64,000 bases of DNA, from the NCBI GenBank assembly GCA_040755995.1, contig JBFMAF010000009.1, positions 1 to 64,000 of the forward strand, read 5' to 3'. Below the pieces are notes generated by a model. It had not been told where the DNA came from. It saw only the letters and a program-made list of their open reading frames with translations, and ran no database searches. Position 1 is the stretch's first letter. Every line of letters begins with the position of its first letter. Positions 17,593 through 27,266 of this stretch are shown here, piece by piece. Both the position numbers and the translations under genes were made by a program. The DNA comes from Acidobacteriota bacterium (GTDB lineage: Bacteria > Acidobacteriota > CAIWXX01).

Positions 17593-20500
17593 GGTCGCAA
17601 TCCTTCGATCGGGATCTGCAACCGCCTCGCGATGCCGGCAAGAACGGCGCGGGCGTTCTCCAGCTCGAACCGCCTGATGAGATCGTCCAAACGTCCGAGG
17701 TCCTCGGCGTATGCCGGATCCAGCAGGCGCGCCTTGAGCGATCTCAGGCACTCCTCGGCCCTGATGTTTCCCTCCTTCAGCTGTGAATCCATCGACAAGA
17801 TCAGAGAAGGCAAATCGGATCCGGGTTCGGAGGCTACGCCTCCCGCTCCGATCTCCGCCGCTTCGGTGGAGTTCTCGGTGAGCCAAGCCGACGCCGATTC
17901 AATCGTGCGAGTCAGGGCGGCGGCGAAGCCGCCCATGATCAATTCCGGTGGTGTGTCGCCGGCCGCGATAGACGTCTCGAGCTCGCCGGCTGCTTCCTGG
18001 AGGCTGGCCGATCCGATGCTGCCGGAGAGTCCCTTCACGGTGTGCGCCAGCCGGCGAGCACCCTCACGATCTCCTCCTGCCAATAGCTCGCGTATGCGCT
18101 CGCCGGCCCCCTGTTGCTTCGTGACGAACTGGCGGAGGAGATGAATGAGGAGGTCTCGCCGGCCACCCAGTCGGCGGAGTGCGCCGGTGATGTCGAGCAC
18201 CGCGCCGGCAGCGACAAGCTGGGCTGATGTCGGACGATCTTCGCCCACCTCAGGCGCGGCCGCGCCACTGCCGACGGCCGACCCGCCGCGAATCCACTTG
18301 CGGAGCACGGCATAGAGATGCTCAGCGTCAATGGGCTTCGGCACATGATCGTCCATTCCACTTTCGAGAAATCTCTCGCGAGCTCCCTTCATGGCATGAG
18401 CCGTCATGGCGATGATAGGCAGGGTACGGTGGTCAGGATTCCCTCGGATCCGCGCCGTGGCTTCCCATCCATCCATCTCGGGCATCTCCACGTCCATGAG
18501 GACAGCATCATATTCGTGCATGTTTACCATGTTCACCGCCTCTAGACCGTTGTTTGCTATGTCGACTCGTAATCCCGTTTCCTCCAGGATACCCAGAGCC
18601 ACCTGCTGGTTGATGGGATTGTCCTCCACCAACAGCACGAGCGCACCTCGGAGTCCGTGAAGCTCCGCCGCCTCGACCGGAGGATTCGAAGAGGCGGCCG
18701 TCGTCATTCCTTGGAGTCCCATGGCAGACAGAATCGTGTTCAGTAGTACCGACGGGCTGACGGGTTTCATGAGAAAGGCGCAGATGCCGGCCTTCTCTGC
18801 GGCCTTGACGATTTCTTCCCGCCCGAACGCCGATATCATCACGAGTTTCGGAATCTTCGAGAGCTTCGGATTTGCTCGGATGCGCCGAGCTGTCTCGATT
18901 CCGTTGAGGTCGGGCATCTTCCAGTCAAGGAGGACAAGGTCGAACGGGATCCGGTCCAGATACGCCAAAGCCTCTTTCCCCGAGGTCGCCTGCGTTACCT
19001 GGAGGCCGAAACTGCTGAGCATTTCACCAATAGCTTCAAGGGCAGCCTCACAGTCGTCCACGATCAGGGCTTTCAGCCCCACTAATGCAGGAGGAGGAAC
19101 GGGTTTGAAATCCTCCGTGGGACATGAGAATTCAAGCTCAAACGTGAAAATGCTGCCGCGGTCCGGCGCGCTTTCCAGTCGAATCTCACCCCCCATGGCC
19201 TCTACGAGGCGTTTGGTGATGGCCAGCCCCAGACCGGTTCCTCCGAACCTGCGAGTGGTGCTTGCGTCCGCTTGAGAAAATGACTCGAAGATCCGCGTCT
19301 GCTGCTCGGGCGTAATACCTATCCCGGTATCCTCCACCTTGAAGCGAAGGCGGAGCCGGTTTTCCCGTCTGTCCCCTCTGTCCACGCGTAGGCGGATGTA
19401 GCCTGCCTCGGTGAACTTGACCGCGTTCCCGATCAGGTTCACGAGGATCTGGCGGAGACGCAGGGGATCTCCTAACAGCTTCAGCGGAAGGGGGGGAGCT
19501 ATCAGGATCAACTCAATATCTTTTTCCGTTGCCCGCTGGGAGAACAGATCCACGATCTGATCCATTATTTCGTGGAGATCGAAAGGGGAAACCTCGATTT
19601 CCAGCTTGCCTGCCTCGATCTTCGAGAAGTCCAGAATGTCATCGATAATGCCCAGCAGGTGGTGACCGGAAGTGCCGATCCTACGAAAGTAGTCGTGTGC
19701 CTTGTTGGTCAGAAGAAGCTTCTCACCCAGGGCGGCGAAGCCCATGATGGCGTTCATGGGTGTACGGATTTCATGGCTCATGCGGGCCAGAAACTCGCTC
19801 CTCGCTTTGGCCGCCCCCTCGGCCCGGTCCCGTGCGATGGCCAGGGCCTCATTGGCATCCCTGAGCTCGGCGGTCCGATCCGCCACGATCCGCTCCAACC
19901 TCCCCGCGCGTCCAGCCAGTTGCCATGTTCGTACGCGGACGATGGCCACAATGAGGGTCAGCAGCAACAGACCTGCTAAGAGTTTTGCCCAGTAAGTCTC
20001 TATGAAACGAGGTTGCACTCGAATGCGATACGTGATCGGTTCCGTCCACTTAGCGTACTTGATTCCAGCCCGGCGCGCGGACACTTCAACCGTCAGATCA
20101 CCCGCGGGAAGGTTCTCGATCGATAGCTCATTGCTCAGCCTCGGTTCGGACCATGTTGTGCGCATCGGATCGAGTCGGGTCCGGTACTGGATGATTTCGG
20201 GGCGCAGCCACGGTGCCGTCCAACCGACATGCAATGTGCGCGTGTTGTTGTCCAGGTATGCGATTCCATCAGGTCCGGCCGGCGGGGTGACGCTCCAAAA
20301 GACCTTCAAGCTCGGCAGGGGCGGAACGGGAATTCGCGGATTGAAGCGCGCGAGGGACGCCATGGTTCCGACATAGATACATCCGTCGGATGATATGCAG
20401 AGGCCGTTGAGATTGCACTCGTTTTCGATGAGGCCGTTCTGAGAATCGTATTGCGTCCATTGGAGGTCTTTGAAGTGGGCGACACCCGCCGATCCGGTGG

Positions 20501-22298
20501 CCCAGATACTGCCATCCGGGGCTTTTTCCAAAGCGTAGATGGTGTTCCCGGGAATTCCATCTGATGGTGACAGGATCATCCACCGGTCTCCGCGGTAGAT
20601 TCCAATCCCGCCGAATCCGCCGACCCAGGTCTCGCCGGGGGCAACATCGAGTGCCACATTCGCCTGTGATGGGAATCCCGTCACCGGGTCGAGTGGCAAA
20701 GTCCGGCCTTGGTTCTCTCCGTGAAGAACCGTCACCCCACGCATGGTGGATATCCATACATCCCCATTGCTCATGAACTCCATTCCTCGCACGTTCAGTT
20801 CAGGCAGGAATCGGTTCCAACTCATGTGCGGCGTCCATGATCCGTTCGTGAGGCTGTAAACCCCGTTCCGGGATGTTGCCAGATGCCACCCGCCGCTCCG
20901 GTCACGATGGATCCCGTTGACGAAGCCATCGGGGAGGGCGAGAATTTTTTTGAAGCTCTGTCCTGGAAGAGCTTCGAACAAGCCGTACCGCGTGCCAGCC
21001 CAAATCGTGCCGGGGCGCGGTTCGACCGCGCACCGGACATCTTCCATCAGTCCGCGCTCTCGCCCATACGTCCGCATATGACCGCCGGTCCAGTGCCAGA
21101 GTCCGCGGCTAAATGCCGCAATCAGCAATCCTCCGTCGGATGTTTCAGAAATGCCGAAAACTTGGACGCGCAATGACAGCTGAGCATCGGATGACCAGAA
21201 GGCTCGATGCAACCACTGCTCGGAGACGCATTGCTGCAATCCGCCTCCGTTGAAGCCAAACCACATCGTCCCCTCGCGATCGGCGAAAATGGACATGACG
21301 CCATTCGGCTTCAGCCCGTTACTGGGGTCCCACTGCGTCCATTGGCCTTCCTCGCGGCCATAGCCCACGCACCCGTCTCCGCCTCCCGCCCAGATCTGCC
21401 CATACAGGTCTTCGGCGAGACAGCGTATTCGGCCGCCGTTCCAGCCTGCGAAACCGGCCCGCGACCACCTGGTGGATCCTCGGCGGCAAGAATAGATCTC
21501 TCCCCGTTGCGTTCCCACCCAACACGTGCCGCTTTTCGATACAAGAATCGTGCTGATGGGATCTGGCGGGGACGTTGAGTTGGCGATTGTGCTCATCGCG
21601 TGACGCGACATGACGGTGACGAGATTGCTATAGGCGACCCAGGTATTCCCATCTGTATCGATGGCCAGGTCAGCAGCGTGGTTGCTCCGCCCTGACGGTG
21701 CTTTCTTGATCCATGTCAGATCTTGAGCTGGATTCAGATACCACAGGTCACCGTGTATATCGATGATCCACAGCGACCCCTCACCGTCTTCGACCATATC
21801 CCCCACGCCACGTGGGGTTTGAATCATCGTCCAGTTCAGTCCATCCCAGACGTGGATTCCGCGGCTGCCCCCCACAAAAATCCCGCCCTTCTTCCGGCGG
21901 ACCAGGGTCGTGTACGCTCCGAACCACGGCGAATCGCGCCGCGACGGGACTCTCTCAATCTTGGTGCCGTCGTATGTTGCCACACCGTCGAAAGTCGCAA
22001 TCCAGAGGAACCCTCGCTCATCTTGCGTGATCGCGTTGATCGTGCTTTGAGGTAATCCACTTGCCGTGGATTGATCGAAGCTTCGGAATGCACGCAGCGG
22101 CGTCATCTCCTCATCGACGCCCTGTCCGTGTGCACGCGAGGGGACATGGATCAGCAAGCAGGTCATGAAACAGAGACAGGGCCATCGTGATCGCCGTAAG
22201 GATCGGAGGCGGTGGCTTTGAGGGGGCATCGACGTTTGAGCGCCGGTCTTACGCGGGAGTGCTGTCTTCGGACGCGGATTCCCGCGACGCCGATTCAA
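17589..22298 (-). CDS. hybrid sensor histidine kinase (beta-propeller sensor, Y_Y_Y, HisKA, HATPase, 2 REC, Hpt)
   Basis: DxxGxLWxGT propeller repeats; FLARMSHEIRTPMNAI; NLIGNAVKFT; GGTGLGLAI; two REC; AHTVKGLSGSIG Hpt; true start may be 22229 or 22166. Confidence 0.92.
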   Translation of the reverse strand: MNRRRGNPRPKTALPRKTGAQTSMPPQSHRLRSLRRSRWPCLCFMTCLLIHVPSRAHGQGVDEEMTPLRAFRSFDQSTASGLPQSTINAITQDERGFLWIATFDGVATYDGTKIERVPSRRDSPWFGAYTTLVRRKKGGIFVGGSRGIHVWDGLNWTMIQTPRGVGDMVEDGEGSLWIIDIHGDLWYLNPAQDLTWIKKAPSGRSNHAADLAIDTDGNTWVAYSNLVTVMSRHAMSTIANSTSPPDPISTILVSKSGTCWVGTQRGEIYSCRRGSTRWSRAGFAGWNGGRIRCLAEDLYGQIWAGGGDGCVGYGREEGQWTQWDPSNGLKPNGVMSIFADREGTMWFGFNGGGLQQCVSEQWLHRAFWSSDAQLSLRVQVFGISETSDGGLLIAAFSRGLWHWTGGHMRTYGRERGLMEDVRCAVEPRPGTIWAGTRYGLFEALPGQSFKKILALPDGFVNGIHRDRSGGWHLATSRNGVYSLTNGSWTPHMSWNRFLPELNVRGMEFMSNGDVWISTMRGVTVLHGENQGRTLPLDPVTGFPSQANVALDVAPGETWVGGFGGIGIYRGDRWMILSPSDGIPGNTIYALEKAPDGSIWATGSAGVAHFKDLQWTQYDSQNGLIENECNLNGLCISSDGCIYVGTMASLARFNPRIPVPPLPSLKVFWSVTPPAGPDGIAYLDNNTRTLHVGWTAPWLRPEIIQYRTRLDPMRTTWSEPRLSNELSIENLPAGDLTVEVSARRAGIKYAKWTEPITYRIRVQPRFIETYWAKLLAGLLLLTLIVAIVRVRTWQLAGRAGRLERIVADRTAELRDANEALAIARDRAEGAAKARSEFLARMSHEIRTPMNAIMGFAALGEKLLLTNKAHDYFRRIGTSGHHLLGIIDDILDFSKIEAGKLEIEVSPFDLHEIMDQIVDLFSQRATEKDIELILIAPPLPLKLLGDPLRLRQILVNLIGNAVKFTEAGYIRLRVDRGDRRENRLRLRFKVEDTGIGITPEQQTRIFESFSQADASTTRRFGGTGLGLAITKRLVEAMGGEIRLESAPDRGSIFTFELEFSCPTEDFKPVPPPALVGLKALIVDDCEAALEAIGEMLSSFGLQVTQATSGKEALAYLDRIPFDLVLLDWKMPDLNGIETARRIRANPKLSKIPKLVMISAFGREEIVKAAEKAGICAFLMKPVSPSVLLNTILSAMGLQGMTTAASSNPPVEAAELHGLRGALVLLVEDNPINQQVALGILEETGLRVDIANNGLEAVNMVNMHEYDAVLMDVEMPEMDGWEATARIRGNPDHRTLPIIAMTAHAMKGARERFLESGMDDHVPKPIDAEHLYAVLRKWIRGGSAVGSGAAAPEVGEDRPTSAQLVAAGAVLDITGALRRLGGRRDLLIHLLRQFVTKQQGAGERIRELLAGGDREGARRLAHTVKGLSGSIGSASLQEAAGELETSIAAGDTPPELIMGGFAAALTRTIESASAWLTENSTEAAEIGAGGVASEPGSDLPSLILSMDSQLKEGNIRAEECLRSLKARLLDPAYAEDLGRLDDLIRRFELENARAVLAGIARRLQIPIEGLRP

Positions 22299-22407
22299 TT
22301 GGCGCTGCGCTCGACGGCTTGCCGAGGAACTGCTCGCATGCCGGGCGGATCGAAGCCTCGTCGCCTTTGACCTTCACCTGCGCGACGCCCTCGACGATGA
22401 CGGACAC

Positions 22408-22632
22408 TGGGATCGTCGACAGAGCCGCAAACCGGAGTACTTCGTCCCACTCGATCCCCAGACCCAGCATGCCGGGTTTGATCATCTCCGCTACCTCCCC
22501 GTCCTGATCGGAGTACACGGGGACCTATTTTTCGAGAGTGTCGATGGCATCGGCGAGGAAGATGCCGAGTGCCACGTCGGGGCCGTAAAGAAGGCCCGCC
22601 ACCGCGATCGCCGCATCATCCGACTGGCCCCG
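22408..22632 (-). pseudogene. degenerate paralogous fragment of the 28552-29844 gene
   Basis: GQSDDAAIAVAGLLYGPDVALGIFLADAIDTLEK*VPVYSDQD...WDEVLRFAALSTIP aligns with GQSDDSAIVVAGLLYGRDVALGVFLADAVDTLEKYVPKYSDQD...WDEVLQFARLSAIP; TAG at 22525-22527. Confidence 0.85.
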
Positions 22633-22920
22633 GGGATGGAGGATGGGCTATTTCGGCTATGAAGTCGCGGCGATCGGCAGTTGATCACGGCTGGAGAGTA
22701 GCCCTGAGGCGAGTTGATGTCAAGGATTACTGAGAAGCAGGCAGAGCTCTCCCCCAGGAGCCTGCGAGTGGGGCTACAGGCAGTAGGAATCTGAGAGGCC
22801 CGGCTGGGGTTCTGGGGAGAACGATGAGGGAGGCGGGGCGCGTGCCGGGAGCACGAAATGGTACTTGATCTGTTTCAAGATTCTGCCGACGAGATCCGGC
22901 CGCGATTCGAAGTGACTTGG

Positions 22921-23475
22921 TTATTTCTTTTCCGTATCTGTGGACGGCCTTAGAGCGACTGAAAAACTATTGCTGGCCGAGCGGCGAGGGTCTTCTCCAG
23001 ACCCGTTTCCCAGAACATCGTCAAGAAGCTCGCTCTCGTGTTGTTCGAAATCGGTTGCATAGGGGTAATCACCGGAATCCAGGCTGTAGAACATTGGTTC
23101 GGCGGATTGAGTTGTCCTGAGAGGTCCTATGTCGGAAGCGCCGGCACCGTCCTGTCGGGGGGGCGAGATCGAATCCTGGTCGATGGGAATGGCACCGTCG
23201 GTACTGCCGGATTTGGATGAGGGCTTGTCCTGAGCTCCTACCTCTTCGGCCTGGAAACGGGTCTCCAATTGTTGTCTCATCAATTGGCCCTGGAGGGCGG
23301 CTTCCCACGTTCGTGTCGAAGCCTTGCCGCCTGTGGAGGCCTTTGCCTCCTCCTCCGCCGGGGTCTCGTCACTACTAGTTGACGGCCTGGGAATCGCCTT
23401 GGCAGCCGCAGCCTCGCGGCTCCGACTACTTTCCAGATCGGGCGGTTGGAACGAACCAACGCGTCTGATGTTCAT
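22921..23475 (-). CDS. hypothetical, low-complexity hydrophilic protein
   Basis: ATG with GAGG upstream, 184 aa; no recognisable motif. Confidence 0.4.
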   Translation of the reverse strand: MNIRRVGSFQPPDLESSRSREAAAAKAIPRPSTSSDETPAEEEAKASTGGKASTRTWEAALQGQLMRQQLETRFQAEEVGAQDKPSSKSGSTDGAIPIDQDSISPPRQDGAGASDIGPLRTTQSAEPMFYSLDSGDYPYATDFEQHESELLDDVLGNGSGEDPRRSASNSFSVALRPSTDTEKK

Positions 23476-23663
23476 ACCGCTACCTCTTCCGAGAAGCGTA
23501 CCATCTCAGCCTGCGCGACTCAAGCCGCAACAGGCGGCAGGGTGCTTAACGGAAATCGTGGTGCAGTGACGCTCTCTGGGACCTATCTACAAATGTAGTA
23601 TTGCATCGCACTGGTATTCGACATCCGCTTCTGGAAGAATCAGGCGGTGGAGAAGGCTGACGG

Positions 23664-24362
23664 ATGAAGACGAGGATCCGAGTCGCCGGACGGGAGCTCA
23701 AGAGGCCTGGTTCGGGGTTGATCGTTGCCTGGCTCCTTCTGTGCGTCTCTATCACGGCCGCGGCTTCGGCGGAGGCGCAGGAGAGGCAGTTCCAGCCGGA
23801 GTACTTCGAGAAACCCGAGCGGGCTGCCTGGCAGAAGCCTGACGAAGTCGTGAGCAAGCTGAATTTGAAGGCGGGCGACGCCGTGGCCGACATCGGCGCG
23901 GGTTCGGGGTATTTCAGCCGCAGATTCGCCGGTGCGGTCGGCGGGGGCGGAGTCGTATACGCCGCCGACATCGACCCGTCCATGCTTCGCTATATCCAGA
24001 AGGGCGCGGAGCGCGAGGGTATTCGCAACATCGTGACCGTACTCTGCGCTCCCAACGACCCGATGCTGGCCCCGGGCACCGTCGACCTCGTCTTCATCTG
24101 CGACACGATCCATCACATCACGAACCGCGGCGACTACTACGGCCGGCTGCGACGATGTTTGAAGCCCGGCGGTCGAATCGCCATCGTAGACTTCGAGAAG
24201 AAACCGCTGCCCGTCAACGCACCTCCTATGAACACGCGGATCTCCAAGGAGGAGCTGACGAAGGAGCTGGCGGCAGCCGGTTTCGCGCTCTCGGAAGACT
24301 TGCACCTACTCCCCTATCAGTACTTCCTCGTGTTCATCCCTGCCTCGGCCCCGGAGAAGTAG
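23664..24362 (+). CDS. exported class I SAM-dependent methyltransferase
   Basis: Signal-like N-terminus; RAAWQKPDEV, VADIGAGSGYF, YAADID, LKPGGRIAIVDF, LPYQYFLVF. Confidence 0.85.
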   Translation: MKTRIRVAGRELKRPGSGLIVAWLLLCVSITAAASAEAQERQFQPEYFEKPERAAWQKPDEVVSKLNLKAGDAVADIGAGSGYFSRRFAGAVGGGGVVYAADIDPSMLRYIQKGAEREGIRNIVTVLCAPNDPMLAPGTVDLVFICDTIHHITNRGDYYGRLRRCLKPGGRIAIVDFEKKPLPVNAPPMNTRISKEELTKELAAAGFALSEDLHLLPYQYFLVFIPASAPEK

Positions 24363-24413
24363 CCGCGACTACGCCGGATTGTGGCCGAGGCACTCAATGA
24401 GATGGAGAACAGC

Positions 24414-25688
24414 ATGAAACGAAAAGCTACAGACATCATCCTTCTGTGCATGGCGGTCCTCACCATCACCTCGCCCGCCGCCGCCCACGATTACTGGCTC
24501 GAGCCGGAGACATCACAGGCTCAGCCCAATTCACAGCTGCCAGTGAGGCTTTTCGTCGGCATGGACCTGACGCCCGAGAAGGAGCATCCGTATGAGACTC
24601 AGCGGACGGAAAGTTTCACAGTCATGGGTCCGGGAGCGCTGGAGACGAAGCCGGTCGAGGGCGGGAAACCCTTTTGTACCGTGCCGACCGCCGAGTCGGG
24701 CGACATTATTGTCGGGTTGGTTCGAAAGTTGGCGCATATCGAATTGACGGCCGAGCAGTTCAACGACTATGTCACACACGAAGGGCTCAGGTACATTTAC
24801 GACATAAGGACGAAGAACGGGACTCTGAACAGGCCGGCACGCGAGAACTACACGCGATACATCAAGGCGATCGCGCGCACTCGCACCGGCGACGGGAGGA
24901 TCTTCACCGAGCCGCTCGGGTATCGACTCGAAATCGTCCCGATGTCGGACCCGCTCGGCCTGGCCGCAGGCGCTCCTCTCCCGATCAAGGTGCTCTTCGA
25001 AGGGCGGCCGCTCGCGGGTGCGACCGTCTTCTGTTATGGCAAGAACGGGACCTCCGTCAGCAAGAGCAGCGTCACGACCGGCAGAGACGGTACTGCTGAT
25101 GCAGCGATCTCAGGCCCGGGCCTCTGGAGCCTGCGGCTCATCCACATGCGCGAGTGCGCGGGATGCAAGGACGCAGATTGGGAGAGCTTCTGGGCGAGCC
25201 TCACGTTTCATGTAGCAGCACGAGGCGCTTCGCAGCATGCCGGAGAGCAGTCCATCCCGTTCGGGAACGTGACTCTCGAACAGCTTCTCGAGACGAGCCC
25301 GGAATGGCAGGATGCGGCCGATGCGTATCAACCGGATCCAGCGTCTGTCGCCTATCTCAGGCGCATCGTCTCACCCGTAACCGTGCAGGTCTACTACGGC
25401 CATTGGTGCTCGGACAGCAAGGCCCACGTTCCGGCTCTCGTCAAGACCCTCATGAACGCCGGGAACCCGTCGATCATGGCGGACTACTGGAGCGTTCCAC
25501 GCAGGAAGGAAGGTGAAGAGCGACCGCCGGTCAACGGGCGGACGCTTACCGCGGTCCCGACGTTTGTCGTTTTCGTGAACGGTGTCGAAGCGGGATCGAT
25601 TATCGAGACACCCGCGGCCAGTGTCGAGAAGGATCTGGTGGCCATCATCGAAAAGGCCCAGCCGGAACTGGAGCCGGAAGCGAAGTGA
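24414..25688 (+). CDS. DUF4198-family periplasmic protein fused to a thioredoxin-like domain
   Basis: AAAHDYWLEP after signal peptide, RENYTRYIK, LEIVPMSDP, WESFWASLTF; C-terminal GHWCSDS...VPTFVV thioredoxin fold. Confidence 0.8.
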   Translation: MKRKATDIILLCMAVLTITSPAAAHDYWLEPETSQAQPNSQLPVRLFVGMDLTPEKEHPYETQRTESFTVMGPGALETKPVEGGKPFCTVPTAESGDIIVGLVRKLAHIELTAEQFNDYVTHEGLRYIYDIRTKNGTLNRPARENYTRYIKAIARTRTGDGRIFTEPLGYRLEIVPMSDPLGLAAGAPLPIKVLFEGRPLAGATVFCYGKNGTSVSKSSVTTGRDGTADAAISGPGLWSLRLIHMRECAGCKDADWESFWASLTFHVAARGASQHAGEQSIPFGNVTLEQLLETSPEWQDAADAYQPDPASVAYLRRIVSPVTVQVYYGHWCSDSKAHVPALVKTLMNAGNPSIMADYWSVPRRKEGEERPPVNGRTLTAVPTFVVFVNGVEAGSIIETPAASVEKDLVAIIEKAQPELEPEAK

Positions 25689-25744
25689 TTCAGCACCCGG
25701 CAGTGTGGTGGCTTGATCTTGCGGTTGCTCAGGATACATAACCT

Positions 25745-26134
25745 GTGCATATAGGCGACGATGTGACCAGCGCAGGGCCGCCGGCGCACCCCTTCAGGTT
25801 CGATTGCGTCTTCTATTACGTGAGCGACCTTGATCGCGCGATCGACTTCTATTCCAACGTCTTTGGCTTCCGGCTTTCCTCTCGGGATGCGGTGGCGCGC
25901 TTCTACGTCGACGGCGTTCTGTTCGAGCTCGTACCGACCAAAGATCCAGCGGCCCTCTCTGGAAGCGGGAATGCACGGCTGACGCTGTCGGTAGAGGACA
26001 TCGAAGCGGTGGTCGCCGAGTTGCGCGCGAAGGGTCTGGACGTTTCCGGCGTGCAAAGGGTCAGCAATGGATTCCTCGCGTCGCTCAGGGATCCGGACGG
26101 CAACGAGATCGTGATATGGCAGTACGCGAAGTAG
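25745..26134 (+). CDS. VOC/glyoxalase family protein
   Basis: VSDLDRAIDFYSNVFG...VEDIEAVVAEL...LRDPDGNEI. Confidence 0.88.
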   Translation: MHIGDDVTSAGPPAHPFRFDCVFYYVSDLDRAIDFYSNVFGFRLSSRDAVARFYVDGVLFELVPTKDPAALSGSGNARLTLSVEDIEAVVAELRAKGLDVSGVQRVSNGFLASLRDPDGNEIVIWQYAK

Positions 26135-26259
26135 CGGGACGCGGGTTCAGACCGCCCTGTTCCTCGCATGCCTGCACCGGCTAGCCCGAAGGCCGGCGCC
26201 CGTCGCCGCACACGCCGATGGGTTATCTGCTACGATCTGCATCGAGGCAGGAGGTCGGA

Positions 26260-26541
26260 ATGGAATGGTCTGAGATACGCAAGGCATATCCATCCGAGTG
26301 GCTAGTCATCGAGGCTCTTGAAGCCCATACGACGGTGGAGAATCGGCGTCAGCTTGACAAGATCGCCGTCGTTGAACGGTGCGTCGATGGCAACAGTGCC
26401 ATGCGGTGCTACCGCCGCTTTCACAGACAACATCCAGGTCGCGAGTTTTACTTCGTACATACCAGCCGGGAGGCGCTCGAAATCCGCGAACAATACTGGC
26501 TGGGCATTCGGAGGACAGATGCGGTTGCGGCTGAAGGATAG
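26260..26541 (+). CDS. small hypothetical protein coupled to a retropepsin gene
   Basis: AGGAGG RBS; MEWSEIRKAYPSEWLVIE; overlaps the next gene by 23 nt. Confidence 0.7.
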   Translation: MEWSEIRKAYPSEWLVIEALEAHTTVENRRQLDKIAVVERCVDGNSAMRCYRRFHRQHPGREFYFVHTSREALEIREQYWLGIRRTDAVAAEG

Positions 26542-26905
26542 CCTCCCTTTTGTGAGCCTCACCGTGACCTACAGGGGGCTGCCTGTTGAGGTACCCGAGG
26601 TCTTGGTGGACACAGGATCGGCCACAACGATCTTGGCGGCCGATATTGTTGAGGCAGTTCGAATTGCACCCTCTCCGGAGGACGCTCTCTGCACCCTGCG
26701 CGGTGTCGGCGGGAACGAAGTTGTCTTCACTCGCCGAGTCGACAGCCTGAGGTTGGGCCACTTTGAAATGGCCCACTTCGAAATCGAAATCGGTGGCATG
26801 GACTACGGCTTCGACATCAATGGCATCCTCGGAATGGATTGCCTGACAAGGGCCGGGGCAGTCATCAATTTGCGCGACATGGAGATCGATCTCCCCAAGC
26901 CGTAG
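26519..26905 (+). CDS. retropepsin-like (clan AA) aspartic protease
   Basis: GGAGG RBS; LVDTGSATTIL catalytic motif and INGILGMDCL. Confidence 0.85.
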   Translation: MRLRLKDSLPFVSLTVTYRGLPVEVPEVLVDTGSATTILAADIVEAVRIAPSPEDALCTLRGVGGNEVVFTRRVDSLRLGHFEMAHFEIEIGGMDYGFDINGILGMDCLTRAGAVINLRDMEIDLPKP

Positions 26906-27093
26906 CCACCATTCACACCGGGCCGGGTCCGCGCCCAAGAGCCCGGAACGTTCGTCCGCACTCGCCGCTTAGCCTCGGCCCCCGCACTTTCGCCGCGTCT
27001 CCGCGTCTACTCCCCACATGGACCACACCATATTGCGGTCACAGCTCTGATACTAGCGAGGCCCCGCCTCAAACCGACGAGGCGTGGCCTCGC

Positions 27094-27203
27094 GTTGAAA
27101 GTTGAATGTCGAAGGTCGAAATGTTGAGTCCGCCAAATCGGTTCCTAGACTTCTCGACTTCTCGCTGTCAACCGCTTTCAACATTTGACCTTCAACCTTT
27201 GAC
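27094..27203. repeat. inverted arrays of degenerate 7-mers
   Basis: GTTGAAA GTTGAAT GTCGAAG GTCGAAA facing TTTCAAC ATTTGAC CTTCAAC CTTTGAC. Confidence 0.7.
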
Positions 27204-27266
27204 GTTGCCTTGTCCGCGCCGGAAAAACTCGTCACATTCGTTCATATCCGCCGCGGACAAGGCAAC
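27204..27266 (-). terminator. strong hairpin directly after the DUF1015 stop
   Basis: GTTGCCTTGTCCGCG (27204-27218) is the exact reverse complement of 27252-27266; no clear U-tract. Confidence 0.5.

Noticed and set aside
17593..17886. N-terminal extension of the dual cyclase ORF (also those of purF, purL, accD, oppD, oppF)
   Set aside because: Extensions overlap neighbouring genes or repeats; downstream starts with RBS or stop-start coupling fit better
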